DNA of 62,837 bases from Macrostomum lignano (lineage: Eukaryota), in NCBI GenBank assembly GCA_002269645.1, contig NIVC01004048.1, forward strand, positions 1-62,837, in the 5' to 3' direction. The translations under genes and the position numbers were made by a program. How positions within the stretch are numbered: position 1 is the first letter of the stretch; each line of letters starts with the position of its first letter. Below, piece by piece: positions 23,501 through 35,032 of this stretch. Under the pieces are notes generated by a model. The model saw only the letters and a program-made list of their open reading frames with translations, made no database searches and was not told where the DNA came from.

Positions 23501-26500
23501 TGCTGTTGGGTGCTGTTGGGTGCTGTTGGGGCTGTTGGGTGCTGTTGGTTCTGTTGAGTGATGTGGTGCTTTTGGGTGCTGTTATGTGCTGTTGGGTGCT
23601 GTTATGTGCTTTTGGGTGCTGTTATGTGCTGTTGGGTGCTGTTATGTGCTGTTGGGTGCTGTTATGTGCTGTTGGGTGCTGTTATGTGCTGTTGGGTGCT
23701 GTTATGTGCTGTTGGGTGCTGTTATGTGCTGTTGGGTGCTGTTATGTGCTTCTAGGGTGCTTTTGGATGCTAATTGATTTAATAAGCCAAGTTTACATAG
23801 CATTGAAACGAGTATATTCGCCCAATAGATGTACTAGAAGGACTTTTAAAGCACGATTGAGATACCAAGTAAAGAAGCTCCTGTCTGCTGGTTGGTGCTT
23901 TATTATTTATATGTAAGAAGTCCCCGTTAATTGTTCTCTGTAAATTAGGCTGGAAATTGTCTGTGAAACTCTGAAGAGCTGCCTGAATTTCTCCCTGAAT
24001 TTCTCACTAACCAGAATTCCCTTTGTTCTACTGCTCTTAGCGTTGGGTTTGCCTACCTTAAACTGAAAGAGAAAGCTGCTCAGAGCTCTCCATACTTCCA
24101 GGAGTATATCCTCAGGGCAGCTCACCTGATTTCCCACTTTGAATGCAAGATATTTTGCTTGATAACATGACTTGTTTCTTGCGCAAACGAATCCAAAATT
24201 ATGGGTGTCTTTCTCTTAATTTTTAATAAATTATTTTTATATTCTAATTTCAAAATTTTATCCAACTAATTTATATCCACAATTTTTGTTATTCACAGTT
24301 AATGCAGGCTTATTGAGTTACTATTTTTTATTGCTTATTTTTTAAATTTCCTACCCGCCAGGCGAAATGTCCTACCCGCCAGGCGAAATGTCCTACCCGC
24401 CAGGTGAAATTTCCTACCCGCCAGGCGAAATGTCCTACCCGCCAGGCGAAATGTCCTACCCGCCAGGCAAAATGTCCTACCCGCCAGGCGAAATGTCCTA
24501 CCCGCCAGGTGAAATGTCCTACCCGCCAGGCGAAATGTCCTACCCGCCAGGTGAAATGTCCTACCCGCCAGGCGAAATGTCCTACCCGCCAGGCGAAATG
24601 TCCTACCCGCCAGGCGAAATGTCCTACCCGCCAGGCGAAATGTCCTACCCGCCAGGTGAAATGTCCTTCCCGCCAGGCGAAATGTCCTACCCGCCAGGTG
24701 AAATGTCCTTCCCGCCAGGCGAAATGTCCTACCCGCCAGGTGAAATGTCCTACCCGCCAGGCGAAATGTCCTACCCGCCAGGTGAAATGTCCTACCCGCC
24801 AGGCGAAATGTCCTACCCGCCAGGTGAAATGTCCTACCCGCCAGGCGAAATGTCCTACCCGCCAGGTGAAATGTCCTTCCCGCCAGGCGAAATGTCCTAC
24901 CCGCCAGGTGAAATGTCCTACCCGCCAGGCGAAATGTCCTACCCGCCAGGTGAAATGTCCTACCCGCCAGGCGAAATGTCCTACCCGCCAGGTGAAATGT
25001 CCTACCCGCCAGGCGAAATGTCCTACCCGCCAGGCGAAATGTCCTACCCGCCAGGCAAAATGTCCTACCCGCCAGGCGAAATGTCCTACCCGCCAGGTGA
25101 AATGTCCTACCCGCCAGGCGAAATGTCCTACCCGCCAGGTGAAATGTCCTACCCGCCAGGCGAAATGTCCTACCCGCCAAAGCGCATTTGTTCTTGGGCA
25201 AATTATCTTTGGTAATTCTGCATAATGAGCTCCAGTTTTCATTACGTCAAGCAACAATATTAGGGCAGTTCGAGTAAATTTTTAAATCCGATCGCGTCTA
25301 AAAACCGACTTTGCTGAAATTTTTAGAAGAATCCATTAACCCTGTCTTTCCTTTTGTTTCCTTTCATGACGAAACTGAAATGTGTGGGCGATGGCAGCCA
25401 CCCACAGTCAGCTGCACGCAAACTAGGTAAAGTCATCAAGCCGTCATTTATAATTTTTTGAGTCTAACATCTCTCTGTCACGGTCGTCAAGGAAGTTGAG
25501 ATGAAATTGAAATTTCTGTAGCGATCGCTGTGCAGCAAGGGAGCCGCTGGACAGTCGGCACGCAGCCATCCGGCTCCTGTAATTCTACACTTGATGATGC
25601 TCATGCTCCTGAAATTGTGCTTTAATTACAGAGCCATTTGCTTGCTTTTTTGTTTGAAGGCAGTTCTGCGTTAATAGCTACTCGAATCGCGTCAGCAGTG
25701 TTTGGCCTTTCAGTCTTCTTGACTGCGACAAGAATAAATCATTTTTTTGTGAGACATCCTAGCAAAGAGAAAGTAACTGTGGATACGTAGTTGTAAACTG
25801 TGATTTCTAAAATAGAGCGAGAGTGAGAGTGAGAGTGAGAGTGAGGGTGAGAGTAAGAGTGAGAGTGAGAATGAGAGTGAAAGTGAGGGTGAGAGTGAAA
25901 GTTAAAGTGAGAGTGGGAGTGAGAGTGGGAGTGGGAGTGGGAGTGAGAGTGAGAGTGGGAGTGAAAGTGGGAGTGGGAGTGAGAGTGAGTGTGGGCAAGG
26001 GTGACCCTAACACAGCCGGTCGGGAGGCCAGAGCCAGAGGCTGGCAGGCATCACAGCTCACCGATGATGGCGAGCACGTGAATGGCGAACTTCCTGTCCC
26101 TCCTGGCCTGGCTGGAGCTCGCGGCCAGCAGCCCGGAGCTGCGGTGCCGTCGGATCTGCAATGAATTTCCGGATGGTCATCTGTTGACTTCGGCTTGCTG
26201 ACAGTTTTAAAGTACATCTCTGACAGTCAGCCCAGTGCAGCCAAAGCGGATTAGCATTTAACGCAGAATCCATGCTTGTAGCAGCTTTGGCTTGTATCTA
26301 GTCCGGAAATTAATTGTTTCACCCCACGGAAAGTGACTCGTGCTTTGCCAGTGCAAAGCATTTACAAAGGCAATTTTCGTATTCACTAAGTCACTGTTTC
26401 AAATTATTGCAAAACTCCGAATAACAAATTTTTGTATGGTGAATCTGGAATCCTAACTTCAACTGACCATCGTTCTCATCCACTCAACGGAATTAAAATT

Positions 26501-29500
26501 TTTATCAGGTCCATCCTGACACAGCATCCATCATCTAGATCTCACCTGACACAGCTTCCTGCATCTCGATCTCATCTGACACAGCATCCGGCATCTCGAT
26601 CTCACGATCTCACCTGACACAGCATCCGGCATCTCGATCTCACGATCTCATCTGAGACAGCATCCGGCATCTAAATCTCACCTGACACAGCATCCGGCAT
26701 CTCGATCTCACCTGACACTGCATCCTGCATTCAGATCTCTGACACAGCACCCTGCATCTCGATCTCACCTGACACTGCATCCTGCATCCAGATCTCATTT
26801 GACACAGCATCCTGCATCTCGATCTCATCTGACACTGCATACGTCATCCAGATCTCACCTGACACAGCATCCTGCATCTCGATCTCATCTGACACAGCAT
26901 CCGACATCTTGATCTCACCTGACACAGCATCCTGCATCCAGATCTCACCTGACACAGCATCCTGCATCTCGATTTCACCTGACACAGCATCCGGCATCCA
27001 GATCTCACCTGACACAGCATCCTGCATCTCGATCTCATCTGACACAGCATCCGACATCTTGATCTCACCTGATACAGCATCCTGCATCCAGATCTCATCT
27101 GACACAGCATCCGGCATCTCGATCTCACCTGACACAGCTGCTGGTCTTTTTCTGAGGCAATCTTATCTCTTTTTAAAGAAACTCAGCCTAACTAATGCGC
27201 TGTCTATCCCAGATTTGCCATCTTGAGTTGAGAACTAACAGATTTAAAAGCGATAAAAATCAATTTTCAGAACTTATTTGAAACGTCCCTAAAATGCAAC
27301 GCAGACCAGGCACAGCTAAAAGCTGACGAGGTTCGAGGTTCCCATGATGAATCCTTAGCACTATTAAAGCAAGTAATTCTACCAGGCAGCTAGAATAGGC
27401 GAATAGATAAGCCAGAGGCTTATCTGTCACGGACTGTTCCTATATTAATGCCATCAATAATATATTTATTCACTCGGCGCGTCACCGGCAAAAGCCCTAC
27501 TCAAATTCCGCCTAGTAGAAAAGGAGCTCTGCTAGCTGTGAATGCTCCTGGGTCGGGCATCAGCTGGTGACTGAAGTTATTTAATCCTAAGAGAATTAGA
27601 CTTCGGAGTAAGACCATTGACTCTCTACTAAGGTATTACAATAAATCCTTGGAAATACTGACTTTGCCTTGCATGCTTTCAGCTCAAATGCTCAGAGCCA
27701 ATCTTTTACTAATGAGTAAGTACACTGTCTAAGTATCTTAATCCCATTATTATGCAATCCTGGACTAGCTATAGGGATCACTAGCATCAAAGCGTCAAGA
27801 CCTCAAGAACGACTAGAGGCTGTCAATCATACTAACTCTCACATTAAACCCACAACTGACATCCTCCACTGACATCCTCCACTGACATCCTCCACTGAAA
27901 TCCTCCACTGACATCCTCCACTGACATCCTCCACAGACATCCTCTACAGAAATCCTCTACAGACATCCTCTACAGACATCCTCTACAGACATCCTCCACT
28001 GACATCCTCTACAGACATCCGCAATTGCCATCCTCCACTGATATACTCCACTTGTTGTGTTCTAATTAACACAGAGAGTTTCTTTGATTGAAGCTTTCTC
28101 GGCGAGACACAAATCTCGCTCACAATATATTTATAGAGATGAAACTCCTGCTTGCACGTTGCATTGCCAAATCGATACGCAATCACCTACTCATTCTAGT
28201 CTGAGTACAGTATACGCCCACGCATTCAATAAGGTCAATAGTTAATTGTCAGTGGTCAGTTCATTGCGCAAGCATTGTCAATCACAACACCACTGACATC
28301 CTCACTGACATCCTCTACAGACATCCGCAATTGCCATCCTCCACTGATATACTCCACTGACATCCTCCGCTGACATCCTCCACTGACATCCGCAATTGCC
28401 ATCCTCCACTGATATACTCCACTGACATCCTCCGCTGACATCCTCCACTGACATCCGCAATTGCCATCCTCCACTGATATACTCCACTGACATCCTCCAC
28501 TGACATCCTCCACTGACATCCTCCACTGACATCCTCCACTGACATCCTCCACTGCCATCCTCCACAGACATCCTCTACAGACATCCGCAATTGCCATCCT
28601 CCACTGATATACTCCACTGACATCCTCCACTGACATCCTCCACTGACATCCTCCACTGACATCCTCCACTGACATCCTCCACTGACATCCTCCACTGATA
28701 TCCTCCACTAACATTCATAACTGACATTCCCCACTGACGTCCTCCAATGATATCCTCCATTCCCCATTGACATCCTCCAATGACATCCTCCATTCCCCAC
28801 TGACATCCTCCACTGACATCCTCCATTCCCCAATGGCATCCTCCAATGAAATTCTCCACCCTCCACCCACACCGGACAAAGCACAGCAGAACCTGTAAGC
28901 TTCACTACCGCCTTCAAGCACCTGCCCAGCCACGTACGTGCATGAAAATCGCCGCATAGGAGGCCGCGATGACCGCCAGAGGCAGCAGAAACTCCCCAAC
29001 CAGCAGGCTGACCAAGTAGGCCCGGTCGCCCGGCCGGCCGCTCTCCCAGTCCAGGTCGCAGGCGGCCACGTGGCTGACCCGACGGACCCCGGCGACGCCG
29101 AACATCGGTGGCAAACTCCAGGCGGCGCTGATGGTCGCGCAGGCTACGACTAGGGCGAAGGCGTGCCAGTTGTCGAACGGCCGGTTCCGGGTGACCATTC
29201 GGCACCGCAGAGCTGACAGCCCGGCCAGCAGGTTGATGTTAAACAGGCCGATGGCACAGGTGCTGAACACGTACCTGGAGATCGAAACTTGTTGATGGCA
29301 TCTGCAGCCGCTTCTTTATCCCCCCCAGCTTTGATTTAAGCAAGATTAAGAACAAGGACAAGGAGATTAATTTGATTGCGTTCACGATTGAATGAGGCGC
29401 GATTAGTTATAAAGCAAAGCTGCTTAAAGTCGGGATTAAGTCGAAGCTGCCTTTGATCGCGGGGTTGCAAGAAAAAATGGATCAGGTCGCTTGCGAGTCT

Positions 29501-30422
29501 TTGTCTTAGTGCGACCCCACGTGTCCTTTGTTACAAAGAAACTGCTAGCTTAACAAGAGCGCTTTAACAGTCTGGAAACCACTTACAGGTGGATTACATG
29601 GTTGGTTGAAGAATAGTATCATATGTTGCATTTTCCTAGCACAATTAGACTCGATGTTTTATGTAGTTCTGCTTTTACGGACTAGCTGCTGTTGTGAATT
29701 ATAGAACATGACTGACGCACATCAAAAACATACACAGTCCTTGACTTGTGCTCACTGGCTGTGTCGAGCTCCATTGCTTCTGCTCTCTGCGAGTACTTAG
29801 CTTTGATAGCGGTGAATTTAAACTGAAGGATGCCATCATGAGAATCTCATGAGAGCGGGGGGTCAAGAGAGTAATTCAGTACTTAATGCATCTGACTGTC
29901 GCTTATTTGGGCCAAACTTGAACTTATTCATCTGTGTGGCCAGCCCCCAAGGCACAAATTGTGTACATTCCCCACGATGAGAAAGTAAAAAGTGCTGTTG
30001 TTGGCTGTGGGTCGACTATATCGATCGCTTGCTGATTTGTGGCAGTGCCCAAGGAAACCCTCAAACTAACTACCTCGTAATTGTCTGACAGGGAAAGGTC
30101 GTGGTTTGCCAGCTGCAGCTCACCAGTAGCACCAACCGACGTGGAAGGCCCATTCGCCAGCCAGCCAGGCGGAGGTGAGATTCAGCGACGCGGCCACCAG
30201 CACGCAGATGCAGTTGCCTAGGAAACCGGCGCACAGTACCAGCATGGATGGATTGCGCAGCGACTGCGAGGCCAAGATGTTGTACGCCGACAGAGCGTTG
30301 GAGGCGAAGCTTACGACGAACACGACGGTAAACCAGATGGCGTTGGCGCAGTGACCCCAGCTGATGTTGGTTGAAAAGTCAGTGTAGTTACTAGGAGGAG
30401 TTGCTCCGTTTGCCGAACTCAT
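20519..30422 (-). CDS. Opsin-family GPCR (retinal-binding Lys retained), highly divergent; subfamily unresolved (xenopsin- or tetraopsin-like); 4 coding exons
   Basis: Exons 30422-30124 (upstream in-frame ATG at 30584), 29274-28938, 26155-26062 and 20919-20519, with phase-compatible GT-AG junctions (TG|G, CAC|ATC, G|GC). Seven hydrophobic segments, LRNP before TM2, disulfide cysteines, [30 protein letters not shown] (K296 equivalent), NSEFR. Confidence 0.9.
22873..23750. repeat. 9-10-bp GT-rich tandem repeat (GGGTGCTGTT / ATGTGCTGTT) in opsin intron 3
   Basis: Directly visible; source of the [10 protein letters not shown] ORFs. Confidence 0.95.
24347..25178. repeat. Homogeneous 21-bp minisatellite (GAAATGTCCTACCCGCCAGG[C/T]), ~39 copies
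   Basis: Directly visible; the 3n unit keeps several frames open. Confidence 0.97.
25815..25992. repeat. Hexamer microsatellite (GTGAGA/GTGGGA)n
   Basis: Directly visible. Confidence 0.92.
26505..27137. repeat. 30-bp minisatellite (GATCTCACCTGACACAGCATCCTGCATCTC) in opsin intron 2
   Basis: About 20 units visible. Confidence 0.95.
27855..28860. repeat. 12-bp minisatellite (ACTGACATCCTCC-like) in two blocks, ~27855-28050 and ~28290-28860
   Basis: Directly visible, with the recurring variant CATCCGCAATTGCCATCCTCCACTGATATACTCC. Confidence 0.92.
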
Positions 30423-31631
30423 TGCGCCAGCTTCTCTGTGATGGGTCTCAAGATGACCAGCATGACAATAGCTGCAGATCAGGCGATGGCCCAGAAGAAG
30501 AGGATATTCAAAGTCAAGACCAATCCGGCAGTCTTTAGAAACACTGCCATCTGATTGGCTGGCCGATGCAGTTAGGATGGACATTTTCCATAATATGCCT
30601 TTCCCTCCGGGGCCTTGAAGTTTTTAAACTCATCCCAAGGCCCGAGATGGGTCTTTATCGAGATCGGCAAAAGGGAAGTAAGAAATTTGAAATGGAAGAA
30701 AAGAGGAGAAAACTCTGATATGGGAGATTGGCACACCTGTTAAGAAATCCTAGCTGCTTGGGGCACTAATACCAACAACTTTTCTTCCGTTTTGAGGTAA
30801 GGCACCCTTGGGTCCTGCTTTCCCAGCCTTGTGTTTCCATGCAGCAAATAGGCAACTCTGATCGAGAATAACTTTTATTTATTCTTGCCATTCCTTCAAT
30901 CCGACTTATTTCTATGTGTACTTTGCAGCCTGAACTTTTCAGTGGTCATTCTGTCCAATATTATAACCCTCAAAAAATAGCCAAAAACGTGTCGAAGGAA
31001 AGTTATACTACGTCGTTGTGTAAGTGCAGCTCTGTTGGCTAACAGTAACATGTCTTAATTATGTGTACGTGGGTTGCCTGTAACCCATCTAATCCACATG
31101 CATTTCCTGCTAAAAAAATTGTAGTCAGCAGACTGCTTAATTTGATGGCACTTGATTTCGAAGCAATTTCAAGTCCTGGAATATTCGATTTAATAAACTA
31201 TTTTACATGCGAATATGAGCACATGTTCAAAAATTTCAAGTTGTGAAAATTTATTTGATGAGTCAATAAATCCAGAAAAAAGCTTCATGTACAGACAGAT
31301 AAAGTGCATTTAAATATTTATTTTTTAATTGGTTTATCGGAGATTAAGAAATTTGGGTTCGACCCGCTATCGTTGAATGAATCTGTATCGTGTAGTTACA
31401 AGCAAAGGTCTACTTGGTTACCAATTGTACGTATATACTGTACGTTACGTTCACTGTAAAACAAAATCTGTACCAAACCCTTGCGTGTACATATGCATGT
31501 ATGTACATATCCAGGCGCGTCGCCACCGGGGGGGGGGCATGTCCCATCCCCAGTAAAAGCTATGGGGGGACATGCCAATGCTTCGTCCCCCCACCCCAAC
31601 TACATATGTAATTGTGACCCGTTATGGTAAT

Positions 31632-34600
31632 TGATGTAGAGACTATTGATTGACTGAGATGTCTATGGTGTAAGCTTTTATGCTATCGTTCAGTGCGCGG
31701 CATCGCTTTTATTTCAATAAAATATACATATGCAACAAAATATAAAACATGGCGTCCCATAGCAGCGATTAACTGCCAAACGCTTTCGTGACAGCTAGCT
31801 CGTACTTTGCGACCATGATGTCGCCAACTAAAGCCCCACAGTAGTCACCAACCAAGGCACCACCATCGGAACCAACAAAAGCTCCTCCACCGGAGAGGCT
31901 AACGAGCCAAGATGAGTCAGCGCGGAGAATTTCACTCCCGGGTCTACAGATCCCTCGCTTAGACCTATCCACAGACACGCTGGATGAGTTCGACGCATGG
32001 CGTGCAACATTTGAGGCCTACTTCGAGGCTATTAGAACAGCTGATCTCCGCCATAATGGCGTTGTACTGTGCTACGAGAGCAGCTGTGAAGACGCCGGAC
32101 GGCCTGTCGGACTCCTTCGAGACATCCTCCGGGGTGCACCAGGGGGACACTCTAGCGCCGTTCCTGTTCGTCCTGGTGCTTGACTGGGCGCTATGAACTG
32201 CTCTTCCTACCGACGAAGACGGCTTCCTACTGCGGCGACGCGTGGGTCGACGTCAACCGGAGAAACGGCTCAGCATGCTTGGCTACGCCGATGACCTCGC
32301 CCTGCTGTCCTCGACCGTAGAGGGTGCCCAGCGTCAGCTGGACAAGCTGGTTAGCGCTGCAGCGAGCGTCGGCCTGGTGGTCAACATGAAGAAGACCGTT
32401 GTGCTCTGCGTGCCGGCGACATCGAGGCCGCAATTTTCTGCCAAGGCGCTGGCGGGCAGGTAACGGAGCTTCCGCGCTGTCAGCAGTTCGTCTACCTCAG
32501 CGGTCTGGTACCTGACGTCCGCGAAGATCTGCGGCGTCGCTGCGGGCTTGCCTGGGCTGCCTTTCACTCTGTGAGGGCGGTCCTGCAGTCCGAGGCCCTA
32601 CCTGACCGCCAGAGGGCGGCGCTGTTCCAGGCGGTGGTCGAGACCGTTCTGTTGTACAACGCCGAGACCTGGACGCTGACGGATTCGCTCGAACAGCAAG
32701 TCAACGCGGCGCACGCTGGCCTGCTGCGCGCCGCCTTTAAGATCAGCGACGAGCAGATCACTATCGCGGCACTCAATCGCCGCGCCGGCCTGGCCCGTCC
32801 AAGTGAACTGCTGCGACTTCGGCGACTCCAGCTGGCAGGCCACATCATCCGCGCCGAGTCCTACTGCCCGCAGCCGGTGCAGGAGGTGCTGCTGCTAACG
32901 TTGCAGGCACCCTACCGGCGCGGCCAGGCCCGAACTCGGCGTTTCATCGACTGCCTGCTGGCCGACGCTGGCGCCCCGGACTCTGCCGGCGGTGCGGCCT
33001 TTGTTCGCGCCCAGGCTCTGAAGCGTGCCCTGTGACGCTGCTTTTTTCCACCTGACAGCGTACTTTGCTGTTGTTGTTGTTGTTGTTTTTGTTGTTGTTC
33101 GAGGTTATGGACATTAACAACCTCGCAAGTGACAGCCGGGCTATTGCAGGTCAGAAAAAAGCCAGTCGCAGAGCTTGCATGCTCAGCGAATTCTCAGCAG
33201 CCACGTTCTGCAAATACCAGAACCTTGCCCTGTCCGAAAAAAGAGCTGAAAGACCCCGAAAAAGTCATCAAAGCGCTTCGAGAGCATTTGACGGGCCAAG
33301 TCAATATAATAGTAGAAAGAAACCGCTTCTGGAGACGACAGCAAAAGGACGGAGAAACATACAACGAATATTTTCTTGAGCTACGAAATTTAATGAGAAC
33401 ATGCCAATCCTGTGAACACTCAGACGACCTTCTGAGAGATAAAATCTTACTCGGAGTTAACAACTCAGAAACAGTGAAGAAGCTACTGGCTGAGCCGACC
33501 CTCACTCTCGCAGGAGCCCTACAAGTATGCAGAGCCGAGGAGGCGAGGATATTGGATCCTAAGCTTGAAATGGTACGCAACAGCTACAAATCCGCACATG
33601 CAAGACTTGATTAGTGTGATAATGGCCGGATTTCCTCAAAATAAACAGGATTTACTCGAGCACCTAAGACCATACTGGCAAGTACGTGAAAAGCTTTCAG
33701 TGGAAAATGGTGTTATACATTTGTACTATATGGATGCAGATGCGTGATACCGAAATCACTGCGCCGAGAAATGCTCTCACTGCTGCACTCCAGTCATCAA
33801 GGTACCGCCAAGACAAAGCAAAGAGCTCGCATGATCCTTTTCTGGCCGAATATGGATAAAGAAATTGAGGACACCGTCAACAATTGTAAATCATGTCAGA
33901 AAGTTTTGCCATCACAAGTACGAGAACCAATTAAGATTAGAGATCTGCCAACGCGATGTTTTCAAGAAGTCCATGGCGATATTTCTGCGAGTATGGTGGA
34001 AAAAAGTATCCCGTGATCGTGGATGGTTACTCAGGCTGGCTTAGTATCTTAATATCTTAGTATCTTAGAAACAACCATGCACCAACACACAAATTGTTCA
34101 ACGCTTGCAGGGAACTGTTTAGCCAAACATCGGTACCCGAAAAATTTTGGTGTGACTCAGGACCACTGCAATTCAAACCGAAGTATTCCTAAACTTTCTA
34201 AAACGATGGGGAGTTGAGGCCTGTTTCTCCTCTCCGCACTATCATTAGAGTAGCGGCAAGGCGGAAGCAGCAGTCAAAACAGCCAAGAAGATCATGCGTA
34301 GATCCTGGGACAAGAACTGGTACGTGACATAGACAAGGACGAGTTGGTCGAGGGGATATTGCAATATCGGAACACGCCTATGTACGACGGGCGATCGAGT
34401 CCCCGACATTCTCGTCTTTGGTCATCCAGCACGGGACTCGCTGCCTGCTCACCGCAGATATTTTACTCCCGAATGGCACAAGACTGCAGTCGAGCTGGAA
34501 GCCAAAGCAGCGGAAGTGCATGAAAAAGTTGTTCACAGCTACAACAAGCGATTCCTGTCAAGGATGCCTAACAACATCGCTTGCCAAGAACAAGCGATTC

Positions 34601-35032
34601 CTGTCAAGGATTCGGATTGGAACCGAAGTCATGGTGCAGAACCAGGCGAATAAGCGTAGGGAACTGAAGGAAAGAGTATTGGAGATCGGAAAGAACAGAG
34701 ACTATCTGATTAAGATGGTCAGCGGTTGGATTCTGCGGCGTAACCGTATATTTTTAAGAGTCCCGCTCCCTGAGTGAGAATTTTCGATGCTAGACTCAGA
34801 CCAACAAGACGCAACTTCTACCCAAAGAGAACCACGTTGAACAACGACCGATGTTAGTCGACCCTGTCAGACGGAGCACAAGGCAGGCCGACCAAAGGAG
34901 TTCCCCCACTACGTCTGGAGTACCAGAAACTTGGAGAGTCGAAGACTGTACGGTTTCGCAAGAGCTAAAGGGGGGAGGTGATGTAGAGACTATTGATTGA
35001 CTGAGCTGCCTATGGTGTAAGCTTTTATGCTA
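31632..35032 (+). mobile_element. Ty3/Gypsy LTR retrotransposon, internally deleted (gag and integrase remain; PR-RT-RH missing), 3' LTR truncated
   Basis: 5' LTR 31632-31749 (TG...CA, 118 bp). PBS TGGCGTCCC at 31750. Gag motifs (WRATFEAYF; RQQKDGETYNEYFLELRNL..C....LRDKILLG). Integrase zinc finger LHSSHQG...CKSC and core remnants (VIVDGYSGW, GKAEAAVKTAKK, LQYRNTP). PPT AAAGGGGGGAGG before the 3' LTR at 34979, which matches the 5' LTR for 54 bp. Confidence 0.9.
32033..33097 (+). mobile_element. 5'-truncated RTE-like LINE nested in Gypsy gag; RT pseudogene
   Basis: RT motifs GVHQGDTLAPFLF, GYADDLALL and LLYNAETWTLT, with a stop and frameshifts. (GTT)n tail. Imperfect TSD TTCGAGG(C/T)TAT at 32022-32032 and 33098-33108. 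Confidence 0.92.

Noticed and set aside
22875-25257. Long ORFs ([23 protein letters not shown] repeats) as proteins
   Set aside because: They are by-products of stop-free tandem units inside opsin intron 3, open in several frames at once.
25815-25992. Telomeric repeat
   Set aside because: The units are GTGAGA/GTGGGA, not TTAGGG.
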